From IMG/VR virus record IMGVR_UViG_3300033069_001774, positions 1 through 64,000 of that record: a DNA stretch of 64,000 nucleotides; one strand, 5' to 3'. Under the pieces are notes generated by a model. That model worked only from the letters and a program-made list of their open reading frames with translations, was not told the DNA's origin and ran no database searches. Below, in pieces: positions 1 through 9,176 of this stretch. Both the position numbers and the translations under genes were made by a program. The DNA is from a virus (taxonomy: Duplodnaviria; Caudoviricetes). Each line of letters begins with the position of its first letter. Within the stretch, counting starts at the first letter, position 1.

Positions 1-11
1 CGCCGCCCGCC

Positions 12-323
12 ATGGCGAGCACACCCGCGCCTGCAGTAGGTGGCACACCGCCGCCCGCCATGGCGAGCACACCCGCGACTCCAGCCGGCAACTTCCGTCC
101 GCAGCCTCCGCTCCCCACCGCAGCTAATCCTGATGCAGGATTCAACCCGAACGCCGGAAATCCAACTCCGGCACCCGCAGCCGTGGCTGGCGCCAATCAG
201 CTCGCCTCCACAAATCCCGGCGCATTTCATGGAGATGTTCTGGGTTCATCCCCGGCCAAGCCAGGCGGTTTTGGTGTAGAAGGCATGCCGGGCGCTCACA
301 CCCCGCCCTCTACCGGGCTTTAA
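12..323 (+). CDS. 3' end of a Pro/Ala/Gly-rich protein, probably starting upstream of the window
   Basis: Frame is open from the window edge; PPAMASTPA occurs twice at a 48-nt period. Confidence 0.6.
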   Translation: MASTPAPAVGGTPPPAMASTPATPAGNFRPQPPLPTAANPDAGFNPNAGNPTPAPAAVAGANQLASTNPGAFHGDVLGSSPAKPGGFGVEGMPGAHTPPSTGL

Positions 324-336
324 GTTTTACAACATC

Positions 337-918
337 ATGAGCAACATCCTCGACCAACTCCTGCAGCAGTGTGACACTTTGAGCGTCAAGCACGCTTTCG
401 TGCCCGCCGGTCCTCCGCAAGGTGGTGACCCAAATGCACAACCACAAGGTGGACCTCCTCCTGGCGATCCAAACGCGGGCGCCGCGCCTCCTCCCCAAGG
501 TGGTGATCCGAATGCACAACCGCAGGGTGGTGCGCCCCCCGCTCCTGCACCGGGTCAGGCCGATCAGATGATGGGCCAGGTCATGAGTGCGCTGGACCAG
601 ATCACCCAGCAGCTGACACAGCTTGGGCAAATGACCGATGAGCAGGCAAAAGAAATGCAGGCCATCAAGCAAACGCTCATGGCCTACGACCAGCGCATTG
701 GCGACGTCGAGAAAGAGAGCGAAGAGGCCGCGCAACAGATGCCTGCCATGCTGCAGCAAATGCAGATGGCGCAGCAGCCTGCGCAACCAATGATGACAGG
801 CGGCGGCGGTGGCGGCCTGCCTCCTGGCATGCTGGAACAGCTGATGGCCACACAGGGCGGTGGCGCAGCCCCTCCTGACTCTGCCTCCCTGCAACCCCAA
901 GCGCTTCCAGTAGGCTAA
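337..918 (+). CDS. Gln/Pro/Gly-rich coiled-coil protein with GGDPNA repeats, possibly virion-internal or scaffold-like
   Basis: PPQGGDPNAQPQGG repeats, a central heptad segment and an N-terminal KHA motif. Confidence 0.65.
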   Translation: MSNILDQLLQQCDTLSVKHAFVPAGPPQGGDPNAQPQGGPPPGDPNAGAAPPPQGGDPNAQPQGGAPPAPAPGQADQMMGQVMSALDQITQQLTQLGQMTDEQAKEMQAIKQTLMAYDQRIGDVEKESEEAAQQMPAMLQQMQMAQQPAQPMMTGGGGGGLPPGMLEQLMATQGGGAAPPDSASLQPQALPVG

Positions 919-923
919 AACTT

Positions 924-1193
924 ATGATCCGACTGCGCAGCCCCAAGTCCGGGAAGTTGGTGGACATCCCCGCCGACACCTGCATTGAGATCACGGACCA
1001 GCAAGGCAACATTGCGCTGCTGGTCCGTGCGGACGCCCGCGGCGTGGTGCAGTTGATCACCGCGACTGAGGAGCCTGACATCGCCACCGTTTACGCTCAG
1101 CAATTCAATGCGCCGTTCAGCCGGTTGGTGATCCCCGATCTTTCCGCGCTGCAGCAGCCACCACAGCCGCAACCTCTTATCCACACCCGCTGA
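924..1193 (+). CDS. Hypothetical protein
   Basis: ORF coupled to its neighbours (TGATG overlap with the next gene). Confidence 0.65.
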   Translation: MIRLRSPKSGKLVDIPADTCIEITDQQGNIALLVRADARGVVQLITATEEPDIATVYAQQFNAPFSRLVIPDLSALQQPPQPQPLIHTR

Positions 1194-2026
1194 TGTTCCA
1201 ATCTGGCGTCACACCCCTATCCGACGGCACCACGCAAGTGGATGTGGTTTTCCCTTTGGCGTTCAGCGCCACACCCGACACCATCTACCCGGTGGTGCAG
1301 AATGTTTCGGCCGATGGTACGAAATACATCATCGTCGCCAACATCATTGCCAAATCCACCGTGGGCTTCACAGCGGCTTTCGACGCGGCGATCAACTCCA
1401 GCAACTATGAGCTGGTGTGGATGGCGGGCAGTTCTGCCGATGTCGTTGACATGGTGGCGACACTCAACGGCCGCCGGCTGACCAGCTTTGCACCTGCATC
1501 CACTTTGCGCCAGCGCTTCAAGCTGCCGATCATCGCCACCACACCGGTGCCGCACATCGAGCTGGTGGACGACAACGTCTTCTTCGCCAGCGTGGCGCGC
1601 CGTGCGGCAAACGTTCCAGCTGGTCCGTTGGATGGCTCGCGCAGCGTGCTGGAGTTCGCCGTGGACGATGACTGGCTTTACGTCGGCCTGCCATCTCGCT
1701 GGGGCCGCCTGCCATTGGAGAGCGGCGCGTCGTGGACGACGCAGTCTTTTTATCGCCCGTTCCGCGAGGGCATCCACACGGTCGTGCCTGTTAGCGGACA
1801 GGTGACGTACACCATCGCATTTGACACACCTTTCGCCAGTGGTGCTGATCCGGAGATCCAGGTCACGCTGCGCAACACGCTCACCGGCGGCGGAGCCGAC
1901 ACCAACAAAGAGATCCTGGCGCATCAGGTGGTGGCACGCTCGCTGTCGGGTTTCACCATCGCCTTCTCTTCGCCGCCCACCGTGAACAACCTGGTGGTTT
2001 ATTACATGGCGCGCCAACTCGCTTAA
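1193..2026 (+). CDS. Structural protein with two tail-fibre-associated / H-type-lectin-like beta domains
   Basis: Two copies of a V/I-x-F-x-x-(A/P)-F...P...S-x-x-G-F-T pattern (VVFPLAFSATP...KSTVGFT; IAFDTPFASGADP...RSLSGFT). Confidence 0.6.
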   Translation: MFQSGVTPLSDGTTQVDVVFPLAFSATPDTIYPVVQNVSADGTKYIIVANIIAKSTVGFTAAFDAAINSSNYELVWMAGSSADVVDMVATLNGRRLTSFAPASTLRQRFKLPIIATTPVPHIELVDDNVFFASVARRAANVPAGPLDGSRSVLEFAVDDDWLYVGLPSRWGRLPLESGASWTTQSFYRPFREGIHTVVPVSGQVTYTIAFDTPFASGADPEIQVTLRNTLTGGGADTNKEILAHQVVARSLSGFTIAFSSPPTVNNLVVYYMARQLA

Positions 2027-2029
2027 CTT

Positions 2030-4624
2030 ATGAAATACCTCGCTGCACTCCTGCTGTTTCCTAGTCTGCTGCTTGGGCAGACTTTCACCACGCCGATCAG
2101 CAACGGCAAACTGACCGGACCGCTCGATGGCAACAGCCAGACCATCAAGTCGCTGGGACACATCGGCACCGGCACGGCCACGCCGACGGATCTCGTGCAC
2201 ATCAAGACATCCAGCACCACGGCGGGTGTGGGCGGCATCACCATCGGTCCCGGCACCGGCGATGTGACACTGCACCGTTCCGCCAGCGGCGTGCTCACGC
2301 TCACGGGCAATCTGCAGGTGACCGGCACGATCGGCGCCAGTGCGGGCGTGGTGCTGCTCGGCGGTGCCAACACGTTCACCGGGGCGAACTCCTTCAACGC
2401 TGTGACCACCTTGGCGGGTGCGGTGTTCAGCGCTCCTTTCACGGTTCCAGATTCCGGCGATCGCGCATCAGTGCGGGGCAACCTAGGTCTGGCCATCGGC
2501 ACGGACGTCCAAGGCTGGGATGCCGCCCTCGATGACATCGCCAGTCTGGCCACTGTGGAGAACAACATCATCGTGGCGAACAGCGGCGGCCACTGGGTGG
2601 TCAAGAACGGCGCATCCGCACGCACTGCGCTGGGCGTCACCATCGGCACCAACGTGCAGGCTTGGAGCGCACGACTCGACGACATAGCTGCAATCGATGC
2701 CAGCCCGGACGCCGGCCTGATCATCGTAGGCAACGGCACCAACTGGGTGGGCCAGTCTGGATCTACCGCTCGCACTTCGCTAGGTCTCGGCACTGGTGAC
2801 AATGTCACGTTCACAAACGGCGCGTTCACCGGAACACTTTCCGCAGGCGCCTCCACTCTGGCGGCGACGTCGATCTCGTCTACGCTGGCCGTCACCGGCG
2901 CAGTTACGCTGACCACCCCGCTGGGCACAGGCAGCGGTGGTTTTGGTGTCGACTTCTCTGGCTTAGTCGCCAATCGTTTCCCTTACACCACCGGCACCGG
3001 CGCCTTCGGCAGCGCGCCTGTGACTGCCACGGCGCTGACCGTCCTGGATGATACGACCGTGACTGACATGCGCCAGACGCTGGGTCTCGGCACATCTGCC
3101 ACACACAACGTTCCTGCAACAGGCAACGCAGGAGCATCAGAGACAGTGCTGGGCAACGACAGCCGCCTATCCGATTCTCGCGCGCCCACAGGCACCGCCG
3201 GTGGCGACCTGACTGGCACCTATCCCAATCCAACCATTGCAGCCGACGCTGTAGCGCTGAGCACGGACACCGTGGGCAGTTATGTGGCGTCTCTGACCGC
3301 AGGCACCGGTGTGTCATTCGGCGGCACCAACGGCGTGGAGGGCGCCATCCCGACCATCAACATCGGCCAGTCGGTGGCCACCACTGCCAACGTCACGTTC
3401 AACAACCTGACGCTAACGGGCAACTTCAGCTTGGCGGGTAGTGTCTCTTTACCCGCTGTCACGCTGCTGAATCCGGCAACGCACGATGGGACTGCTATCG
3501 GCAGTGCATCGCTTCGTTTCTCGGATCTCTGGCTGGCCACTGGCGCCGTGATCACCTTTGGCGACTCAGGCTTAGTGGACATGACGCTGACGCACTCAGC
3601 CGGCTCTATAGCCGTCGACGGTGGCGGGCTGATCATTACCACACCAGGCACAACGCCTGGCAGCGTCGTCACCATCGACGGGGTGCAGGACCTGTCAGGC
3701 AAGACTTTGACCGCAGCAGCGCTCGCGACCAGCATTGCCCCGACAGCGCATGACGGTGTGGCGCTGGGCACGTTCGCGAAACACTTCTCCGATCTGTACT
3801 TGGCCACCGGCGCCACCATCATCTTTGGCGACGCCAGCTCGACGAACGTGACGCTCCAGCATTCCTCCGGCGTGCTGGCTGTCACTGGAGGTTACATGAC
3901 GCTGAGCGCTGCAGGTACCGGCGCGGGGAGTGTTGCCACGATTGACGGCACGCAGACCCTCACAGCGAAGACCTACAACAACGCCATCTTCACCGGCACG
4001 TGGACTGCATCAGGCTCTTCCACCTTGGACCTGTCTGGTTCCACCGGGCAGTTCAAGACACCCACCGGCAACACGACCATCAGCGGCACCGCCACAGCTG
4101 TAGGAGCAATCACACCCACCGGTGGTGTGGCCGCAGCCGGCGGCTTCTCCATGTCCCCGCGCGGCATTAACACAGGGCAAGCCCCTGCCATGGTGTCCAC
4201 CGACGGCTCTGACGCCACGGCAGTGAACACAGAGACCTACATCAGCGAGATCTCCATCCCGGCGAACTGCACGGTCACAGGCATCGCAGTGTTCAACGGC
4301 AACGCCACCGGGTCGGGCAATATCCAGGTGAGCCTGGCCGACTCCAGCGGCAACCCGATCGTTGCTGCCAAGTCTGCATCCACGACCATCGTCGGCACCG
4401 ATGCGTATCAGCTTGTTCCGTTCACAGCACCCTACAGCGCTGTGGGTCCTGCTACGTATTACATCATGGTGCAGTACTCGAGCAACACCACGCACTACAA
4501 CGCGCACACACTGGGCCACCACGGTGTCACCAAACAGACGGCCCAGACTTACGGCACGTTCACCACGTTCTCGCCGCCGACCACTTTTACCACGGCGATC
4601 GGCAACATGTGCGGCCTGTACTAG
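2030..4624 (+). CDS. Tail-fibre-like Gly/Thr/Ser-rich protein with an apparent signal peptide
   Basis: Fibre motifs ARTSLGLGT, GGDLTGTYPNPTI and LAIGTDVQGWDA; duplicated HDG.A.G....FSDL.LATGA module; N-terminus MKYLAALLLFPSLLLG-Q. Confidence 0.75.
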   Translation: MKYLAALLLFPSLLLGQTFTTPISNGKLTGPLDGNSQTIKSLGHIGTGTATPTDLVHIKTSSTTAGVGGITIGPGTGDVTLHRSASGVLTLTGNLQVTGTIGASAGVVLLGGANTFTGANSFNAVTTLAGAVFSAPFTVPDSGDRASVRGNLGLAIGTDVQGWDAALDDIASLATVENNIIVANSGGHWVVKNGASARTALGVTIGTNVQAWSARLDDIAAIDASPDAGLIIVGNGTNWVGQSGSTARTSLGLGTGDNVTFTNGAFTGTLSAGASTLAATSISSTLAVTGAVTLTTPLGTGSGGFGVDFSGLVANRFPYTTGTGAFGSAPVTATALTVLDDTTVTDMRQTLGLGTSATHNVPATGNAGASETVLGNDSRLSDSRAPTGTAGGDLTGTYPNPTIAADAVALSTDTVGSYVASLTAGTGVSFGGTNGVEGAIPTINIGQSVATTANVTFNNLTLTGNFSLAGSVSLPAVTLLNPATHDGTAIGSASLRFSDLWLATGAVITFGDSGLVDMTLTHSAGSIAVDGGGLIITTPGTTPGSVVTIDGVQDLSGKTLTAAALATSIAPTAHDGVALGTFAKHFSDLYLATGATIIFGDASSTNVTLQHSSGVLAVTGGYMTLSAAGTGAGSVATIDGTQTLTAKTYNNAIFTGTWTASGSSTLDLSGSTGQFKTPTGNTTISGTATAVGAITPTGGVAAAGGFSMSPRGINTGQAPAMVSTDGSDATAVNTETYISEISIPANCTVTGIAVFNGNATGSGNIQVSLADSSGNPIVAAKSASTTIVGTDAYQLVPFTAPYSAVGPATYYIMVQYSSNTTHYNAHTLGHHGVTKQTAQTYGTFTTFSPPTTFTTAIGNMCGLY

Positions 4625-4625
4625 C

Positions 4626-4982
4626 ATGGACCTGGACCAATCGCGCGAGAACGCCAAAGCCATGCACCTGCTCTGGGTGGAGCCGGCGGAAGGGCTGCCC
4701 ATTGTAGCGCGGGTGACAGCAGAAGGCGTACTGGTCTACAAATGCCCCGGCTGCAACGCAGAGCACGGACTGGCGATGAAGACACCGTCCGCACCGGCGG
4801 GGCAAGTGTGGAGATGGAATGGCAACGTGGCTAAGCCCACTGTCAATCCATCGGTCATGTCCCACGCGCTGGCGGATCGTCCGGCGTGCCAGCATTTCAT
4901 GGTCAACGGCATACTTGAATTTTTACCTATGACAACTCACCCGCTGCGCCTGCAGAAGGTGCCAATGCTGCCGCTGGAATGA
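4626..4982 (+). CDS. DUF6527-like Cys/His metal-binding protein
   Basis: CPGC..H, W.WNG...KPT..PS, C.HF..NG..EF....TH pattern. Confidence 0.65.
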   Translation: MDLDQSRENAKAMHLLWVEPAEGLPIVARVTAEGVLVYKCPGCNAEHGLAMKTPSAPAGQVWRWNGNVAKPTVNPSVMSHALADRPACQHFMVNGILEFLPMTTHPLRLQKVPMLPLE

Positions 4983-5404
4983 AAGACGCAAACCCAGCCC
5001 CCATGTTCGCCTGCATGTATGCTGGCCTCTGTGACGTTGCGCGCAAGAACGGATACGCCTTGGCCGCGCACGGCAGCATGGTAACCGACTTCGATCTCAT
5101 CGCCGTGCCGTGGACCGAGCAGGCAATCGAAGCCGAAGAGCTGATGCACCTGCTGATGTCGCACCTTGACGCTGTCGACTACCGCGGCCTGCTGCAGCGG
5201 GATTGCGGGTCGTGGGCAACTGCGGCGAACATCGACCAGATGGTGAAGAGTGAACGCGAGCGCACAGCCGATCCGCGCGGACCATTCGACTGCGTGTTAA
5301 AACCGCATGGACGCAAGGCGTGGAACCTGTACATGGCCGCCGGGGTTAAAATCGACCTCAGCGTCATGCCGAGAGCTGCAACTGCGCCACCTTCTGCGTT
5401 ATAA
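4979..5404 (+). CDS. Small nucleotidyltransferase-like (Pol-beta superfamily) phage protein
   Basis: GYALAAHGSMVTDFDLIAVPW matches the hGS...DxD signature; distal IDLS. Confidence 0.6.
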   Translation: MKDANPAPMFACMYAGLCDVARKNGYALAAHGSMVTDFDLIAVPWTEQAIEAEELMHLLMSHLDAVDYRGLLQRDCGSWATAANIDQMVKSERERTADPRGPFDCVLKPHGRKAWNLYMAAGVKIDLSVMPRAATAPPSAL

Positions 5405-5410
5405 ATAATT

Positions 5411-5441
5411 GAGCGACCCCTGGATTGTCGTCGCTTGTTTT
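5411..5441 (+). terminator. Possible intrinsic terminator
   Basis: GAGCGAC/GTCGCTT stem followed by GTTTT just after a stop codon. Confidence 0.4.
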
Positions 5442-5591
5442 AGTCTGCCCTGCTCCTATGGCGCCCACCCGTGAACCAACGACGCGAGGTGGATCAGCGA
5501 ACCCGGCGGCGGAGAAACAAATGCGATGTCCAAAGTTGCATCAGATGGAGACACCAGATCCATGGCTTTAAAGCGCGCGTGCGCTGGGCAA

Positions 5592-5657
5592 GTCAGACCG
5601 GAGTGCAACGTGTCCCGATACCGGGAAGGTTTAATGCGCTCTTTTATTTGGTCTGGC
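5592..5657 (+). ncRNA. Putative structured RNA (interrupted hairpin); strand assumed
   Basis: Nested stems GTCAGACC/GGTCTGGC, GGAGTGCA/TGCGCTCT and TCCCG-ATAC-CGGGA in intergenic DNA. Confidence 0.4.
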
Positions 5658-5663
5658 GTAACG

Positions 5664-5734
5664 GCAGCCGTCCGAGTCCTATCGGGTTGTCTCGGCGCAA
5701 TTACGCGTCGGGAGAATTGGACGAGGGCGGCTGC
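5664..5734 (+). ncRNA. Putative structured RNA (interrupted hairpin); strand assumed
   Basis: 10-bp closing stem GCAGCCGTCC/GGGCGGCTGC, inner GTCC/GGAC, followed by TATTTATTTT. Confidence 0.45.
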
Positions 5735-5748
5735 TATTTATTTTCGAC

Positions 5749-5976
5749 ATGGCTAAACCCAGCAAAGATAAAGTGAGAGTCAGTTTGGACATCTCACCGG
5801 ACGAGCACACAGCGTGGCTCAAAACGAAAGTTGCAGACAACAGCGGCACATTGATAGGCATGCTGCGTCGCGCGATTGAACTGTTCCGTATTGTCCGCGA
5901 GCACATCAACAAGCCAGGATGCAAGGTGGTGCTGCGCCACGCCGACGGCACCGACGAGATTTTACGCTGGCTGTGA
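5749..5976 (+). CDS. Small ribbon-helix-helix (CopG-like) DNA-binding protein
   Basis: KVRVSLDISPDEH...LK...MLRRAIELF: beta-strand plus two helices. Confidence 0.55.
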   Translation: MAKPSKDKVRVSLDISPDEHTAWLKTKVADNSGTLIGMLRRAIELFRIVREHINKPGCKVVLRHADGTDEILRWL

Positions 5977-6011
5977 GCGCGCAACCACCACGCACACGCA
6001 GACCAGCGCGG

Positions 6012-6278
6012 ATGAAGTTCCGAGTAGGACAGCACATTCGCTACGTTGGGCGACTCCCGCATGCGTTCGGCAGTTTCAATCTGCAGATCGCCGATTTCGA
6101 CAAGCATGTCATCGCAGAACTGCCCGCAGCACCGGTGAGCGAGATGACACAGAAGATGCGCCCTGGCAGTGTGTGGGGTCGCGTGTGGTCGTCACCCAAA
6201 GGGCGCACACTACCTGGCGCAGCGCGGAAGTGGACGGATATCTTAGATCCCGCAGAATGGGTTATCGCGCATGGTTGA
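6012..6278 (+). CDS. FxxG..Y.G / W..IL.P..W domain protein (copy 1)
   Basis: MKFRVGQHIRYVG...KWTDILDPAEWVI; paralogous to neighbouring genes. Confidence 0.7.
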   Translation: MKFRVGQHIRYVGRLPHAFGSFNLQIADFDKHVIAELPAAPVSEMTQKMRPGSVWGRVWSSPKGRTLPGAARKWTDILDPAEWVIAHG

Positions 6279-6897
6279 AACAGACATCCAACAACCGCCG
6301 CGCATATTGCGCGCTTCGCTTGCGCTACCCTTCACAGTGGGTGCGCGGATTGAATACATCGGACGACCGCCGACGGCGCACCAGAACTCGCGCTCCCACC
6401 CGAGCTGGTACATGGACCACGTCATCACAGAGGTTAACATGCGCGCGCATCTCGGGCGGGCGTGGGGAGGCGTGCCAGGGCAGGTGTACGCGCACGTCAG
6501 CTGCGTAGAGCGCACGCGCCCTGCAGTCCGCTGCGGCTCGTGGATTTGGTGCAGTCCCCGAGAATGGCGCGTGGTCGGAGCTGCGCCACTCTTCAACCCC
6601 GGGACGCGGATCGACTACCTTGGAGCAGAGAGCACCGTTTACGGGACAGGCGAGATACAGGTCAATCCGTGGTTCTACGAGAACCACGTCATCGTCGCGG
6701 TCTGCGGTGCGCGCGCTCCGGATGGCGGTGTCCACGCTTTCGTGCGGGCCAATCACAAGTCGGCTCCCGCTTGGAAAACGGTCGAGTGGCACGACCTTAT
6801 TACGCCCATCGACTGGCTTCCGACAATCAGCCATGAGTCTAAAGCACCCATCGCGCACACTACGCGTGCAGAGGGCTGCACGTACAACGACGCTTGA
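6271..6897 (+). CDS. FxxG..Y.G domain protein with two tandem copies (copies 2 and 3)
   Basis: PFTVGARIEYIG...WIWCSPREWRVV and LFNPGTRIDYLG...EWHDLITPIDW. Confidence 0.7.
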   Translation: MVETDIQQPPRILRASLALPFTVGARIEYIGRPPTAHQNSRSHPSWYMDHVITEVNMRAHLGRAWGGVPGQVYAHVSCVERTRPAVRCGSWIWCSPREWRVVGAAPLFNPGTRIDYLGAESTVYGTGEIQVNPWFYENHVIVAVCGARAPDGGVHAFVRANHKSAPAWKTVEWHDLITPIDWLPTISHESKAPIAHTTRAEGCTYNDA

Positions 6898-7243
6898 AGC
6901 AAAGGCTTTCAACGCAGGACAAACGCTCAAGTACATAGGACCACCGCGTAAACGCTTCGGCACAATTCGCATGAACCCCACGCGACCCTTGCTGCATTTT
7001 GTCGAACGCACACGAGAGCGCAGCAGGAAGAACAAACGCGAGCAGCCTGGCAGTATGCAGGGTTGGGTGACTTCCAAGTCTTCGCTCGGTGGTGGTGCTT
7101 ACTTCGAGTGGTATGACATCCTGCTTCCGGAGGACTGGGAGATTGTGCGCGCTACTACGAGCCCGCGGCCTCAGGAGATGACGTTCGCTAGATCCAAACA
7201 CGCATACGCTGCGGCGCAGGCCGAGCGTCGCCCATATGGATAG
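6833..7243 (+). CDS. FxxG..Y.G domain protein (copy 4)
   Basis: AFNAGQTLKYIG...EWYDILLPEDWEIV; start codon uncertain. Confidence 0.65.
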   Translation: MSLKHPSRTLRVQRAARTTTLEAKAFNAGQTLKYIGPPRKRFGTIRMNPTRPLLHFVERTRERSRKNKREQPGSMQGWVTSKSSLGGGAYFEWYDILLPEDWEIVRATTSPRPQEMTFARSKHAYAAAQAERRPYG

Positions 7244-7508
7244 CATCGACGCTGCAGCGTTGCACGAGCACCAGACCGCGTTCGACGCAGAGCGCGCTCG
7301 TCTGGAGCAGGAGGAGACACGCGTCAACGGACCGCCGCATATCTCGCCGTGGTCGCCCCGTCGCACGCTTGCGACGTCTTCGGCGCGCACCCATAAGATT
7401 GAGATGCAGCTGGCGCAATGGTCCGCCGGCTGGTGGCAGACACGGGGGTACACCGTGGAACGTGAGCTCGACGGTACAGTGCGCGTGCTCGCCACGTCGG
7501 TCGCTTAA
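7236..7508 (+). CDS. Hypothetical protein
   Basis: Fills the gap between family members with an overlapping start. Confidence 0.55.
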   Translation: MDSIDAAALHEHQTAFDAERARLEQEETRVNGPPHISPWSPRRTLATSSARTHKIEMQLAQWSAGWWQTRGYTVERELDGTVRVLATSVA

Positions 7509-7513
7509 ATAGT

Positions 7514-7798
7514 ATGCCAGCACAACCACCGCGCATTGCGCGCGTAAATTGGCCGTTCACAAAGGGTGCACGGCTGGAGTATGTCGGAGCGCCGCCCACC
7601 GAGCGGCATAACGGATTGCATCCTGCGTTCTGGCACAACTTCAAGGTGACGGATATAAGCACGCAATACGGCATAGCGCCGAGCCATGTGGAAGTACAGC
7701 TGCGGCGTGAAAGTAACAACAGCGCGTGGACGCATGCGCCCGTGGACTGCTGCTGGCGCCTGCTGCGCAAAGCCGACTGGCGTGTGCTGCCAAATTAA
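7514..7798 (+). CDS. FxxG..Y.G domain protein (copy 5)
   Basis: WPFTKGARLEYVG...CWRLLRKADWRVL. Confidence 0.7.
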   Translation: MPAQPPRIARVNWPFTKGARLEYVGAPPTERHNGLHPAFWHNFKVTDISTQYGIAPSHVEVQLRRESNNSAWTHAPVDCCWRLLRKADWRVLPN

Positions 7799-7869
7799 AT
7801 TTCGCCACTCCGCTGCCCACGGCGGAGATCCGGCACACAATCAGAGTGGGAGGAAAAGGAACAGCTCAT

Positions 7870-8181
7870 ATGGCAAGGAAACCATCCGTAATCGACAAGC
7901 TGACGGTGTTCGTGGACAACGTCACCAAGGGTAAGGGTCAGTTCACTGTCGCGCAGCTTAGCGACATTCTGGACTGCAACGCAACGTCCATATCACCAAC
8001 GCTCAGTTGGATGCGGCGCAATGGCTATGTCGTTGCGCTCAGCAAATCCTGGCTGGCCGGTGTGTATCTCTACGAGATCCATCGCGGTTCAGCCAAGGCA
8101 CTCGAGCGGCAGACTGCGAAGAGCAAGGACACGTTGGAGCGCACGCGGCTCAAACTCGAGACCCGACTAGGGCGCCGTTAA
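7870..8181 (+). CDS. Winged-helix DNA-binding protein
   Basis: FTVAQLSDILDCNATSISPTLSWMRRNGYV pattern; purine-rich GGGAGGAAAAGGA upstream. Confidence 0.6.
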   Translation: MARKPSVIDKLTVFVDNVTKGKGQFTVAQLSDILDCNATSISPTLSWMRRNGYVVALSKSWLAGVYLYEIHRGSAKALERQTAKSKDTLERTRLKLETRLGRR

Positions 8182-8297
8182 ACGGCGGCCTATGCCGCGC
8201 CTCCTTCGTTGGGGAGCGCGGCAAATTTTCGTCACGCACTCCCGCGCACCGGGGTGAAGCTGACATTTAAACCAAGGTGCGCGGGAAAAGACATATC

Positions 8298-9176
8298 ATG
8301 AACCTGACTCAATGGAAAGATAACGGCGAGCTGAACTCCTGGCTCGGGGAACGCATCAAGGTGGGCATTGTCACACTGGATGTGCAGGATCAGCACCAGC
8401 TGCGAACCTTCGCCGACCACATGTCGCAAGGATTCGAAGCCGGCGAAGTGCGCGGCTGGGGTGACGCCACGTGTGTCACTCACGTTGCACGCGCACGCTT
8501 CCCGGATCTCGAGCGCGAATGTGTGCTCGGGTTCTTTAACTTGCAGGGGGTCGGCAGCGAAAACGGTTACATGTCCGGAAGCGCTGTGCGTATTGTGCGC
8601 AACTCGGGTCTGTTGGTCATGACCGGCAACCACGACTTGTCCGGCATGGAGCTGCTCAGCTTGCTGACGTTCGCCGCAGAGGCGCAATACCGACATCTGC
8701 GGCCTGTCAGCGCTGACGCAAAGAAGCTGGCGGGCGACACGCTGCGCAAGCACGAAGAGGGCTTGGCCAGCCTGCTGTATCGCGGGCACGAGCAAGCCGA
8801 GGTCCTGGCGGATCACATCGCGTTGGACGCGGGGCGCGTGACGTACGACGACAAAGAGCGCGTGCGGCGCATCCACAACGCCAGGCTGGTGTCCACGCTG
8901 CTGTACGCCCTTTACGGCTACAACAGCGAGCATGGTACCACCACAGAGCAGGACCTCCTGCTGCACCGGATCGGGTTTCAGCTCGACCCTGTGCCGCTCG
9001 ACCCTGTGGCTGCAGCACGGCGCACCGCCTTGGCCAACCTGATGAGCAACAGCATCAATCAGCACTACACAGGCTGCCCCGCAGAAAGCGGCGGCGTGTG
9101 CAACTGCACCTGGCTCGTTGACGGCGAAGTGCTGCGTACCTGGCTCGACGAGACCACGGTGTTCACCACACGCTAA
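8298..9176 (+). CDS. Hypothetical protein
   Basis: Long ORF with genome-typical codon usage. Confidence 0.7.
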   Translation: MNLTQWKDNGELNSWLGERIKVGIVTLDVQDQHQLRTFADHMSQGFEAGEVRGWGDATCVTHVARARFPDLERECVLGFFNLQGVGSENGYMSGSAVRIVRNSGLLVMTGNHDLSGMELLSLLTFAAEAQYRHLRPVSADAKKLAGDTLRKHEEGLASLLYRGHEQAEVLADHIALDAGRVTYDDKERVRRIHNARLVSTLLYALYGYNSEHGTTTEQDLLLHRIGFQLDPVPLDPVAAARRTALANLMSNSINQHYTGCPAESGGVCNCTWLVDGEVLRTWLDETTVFTTR

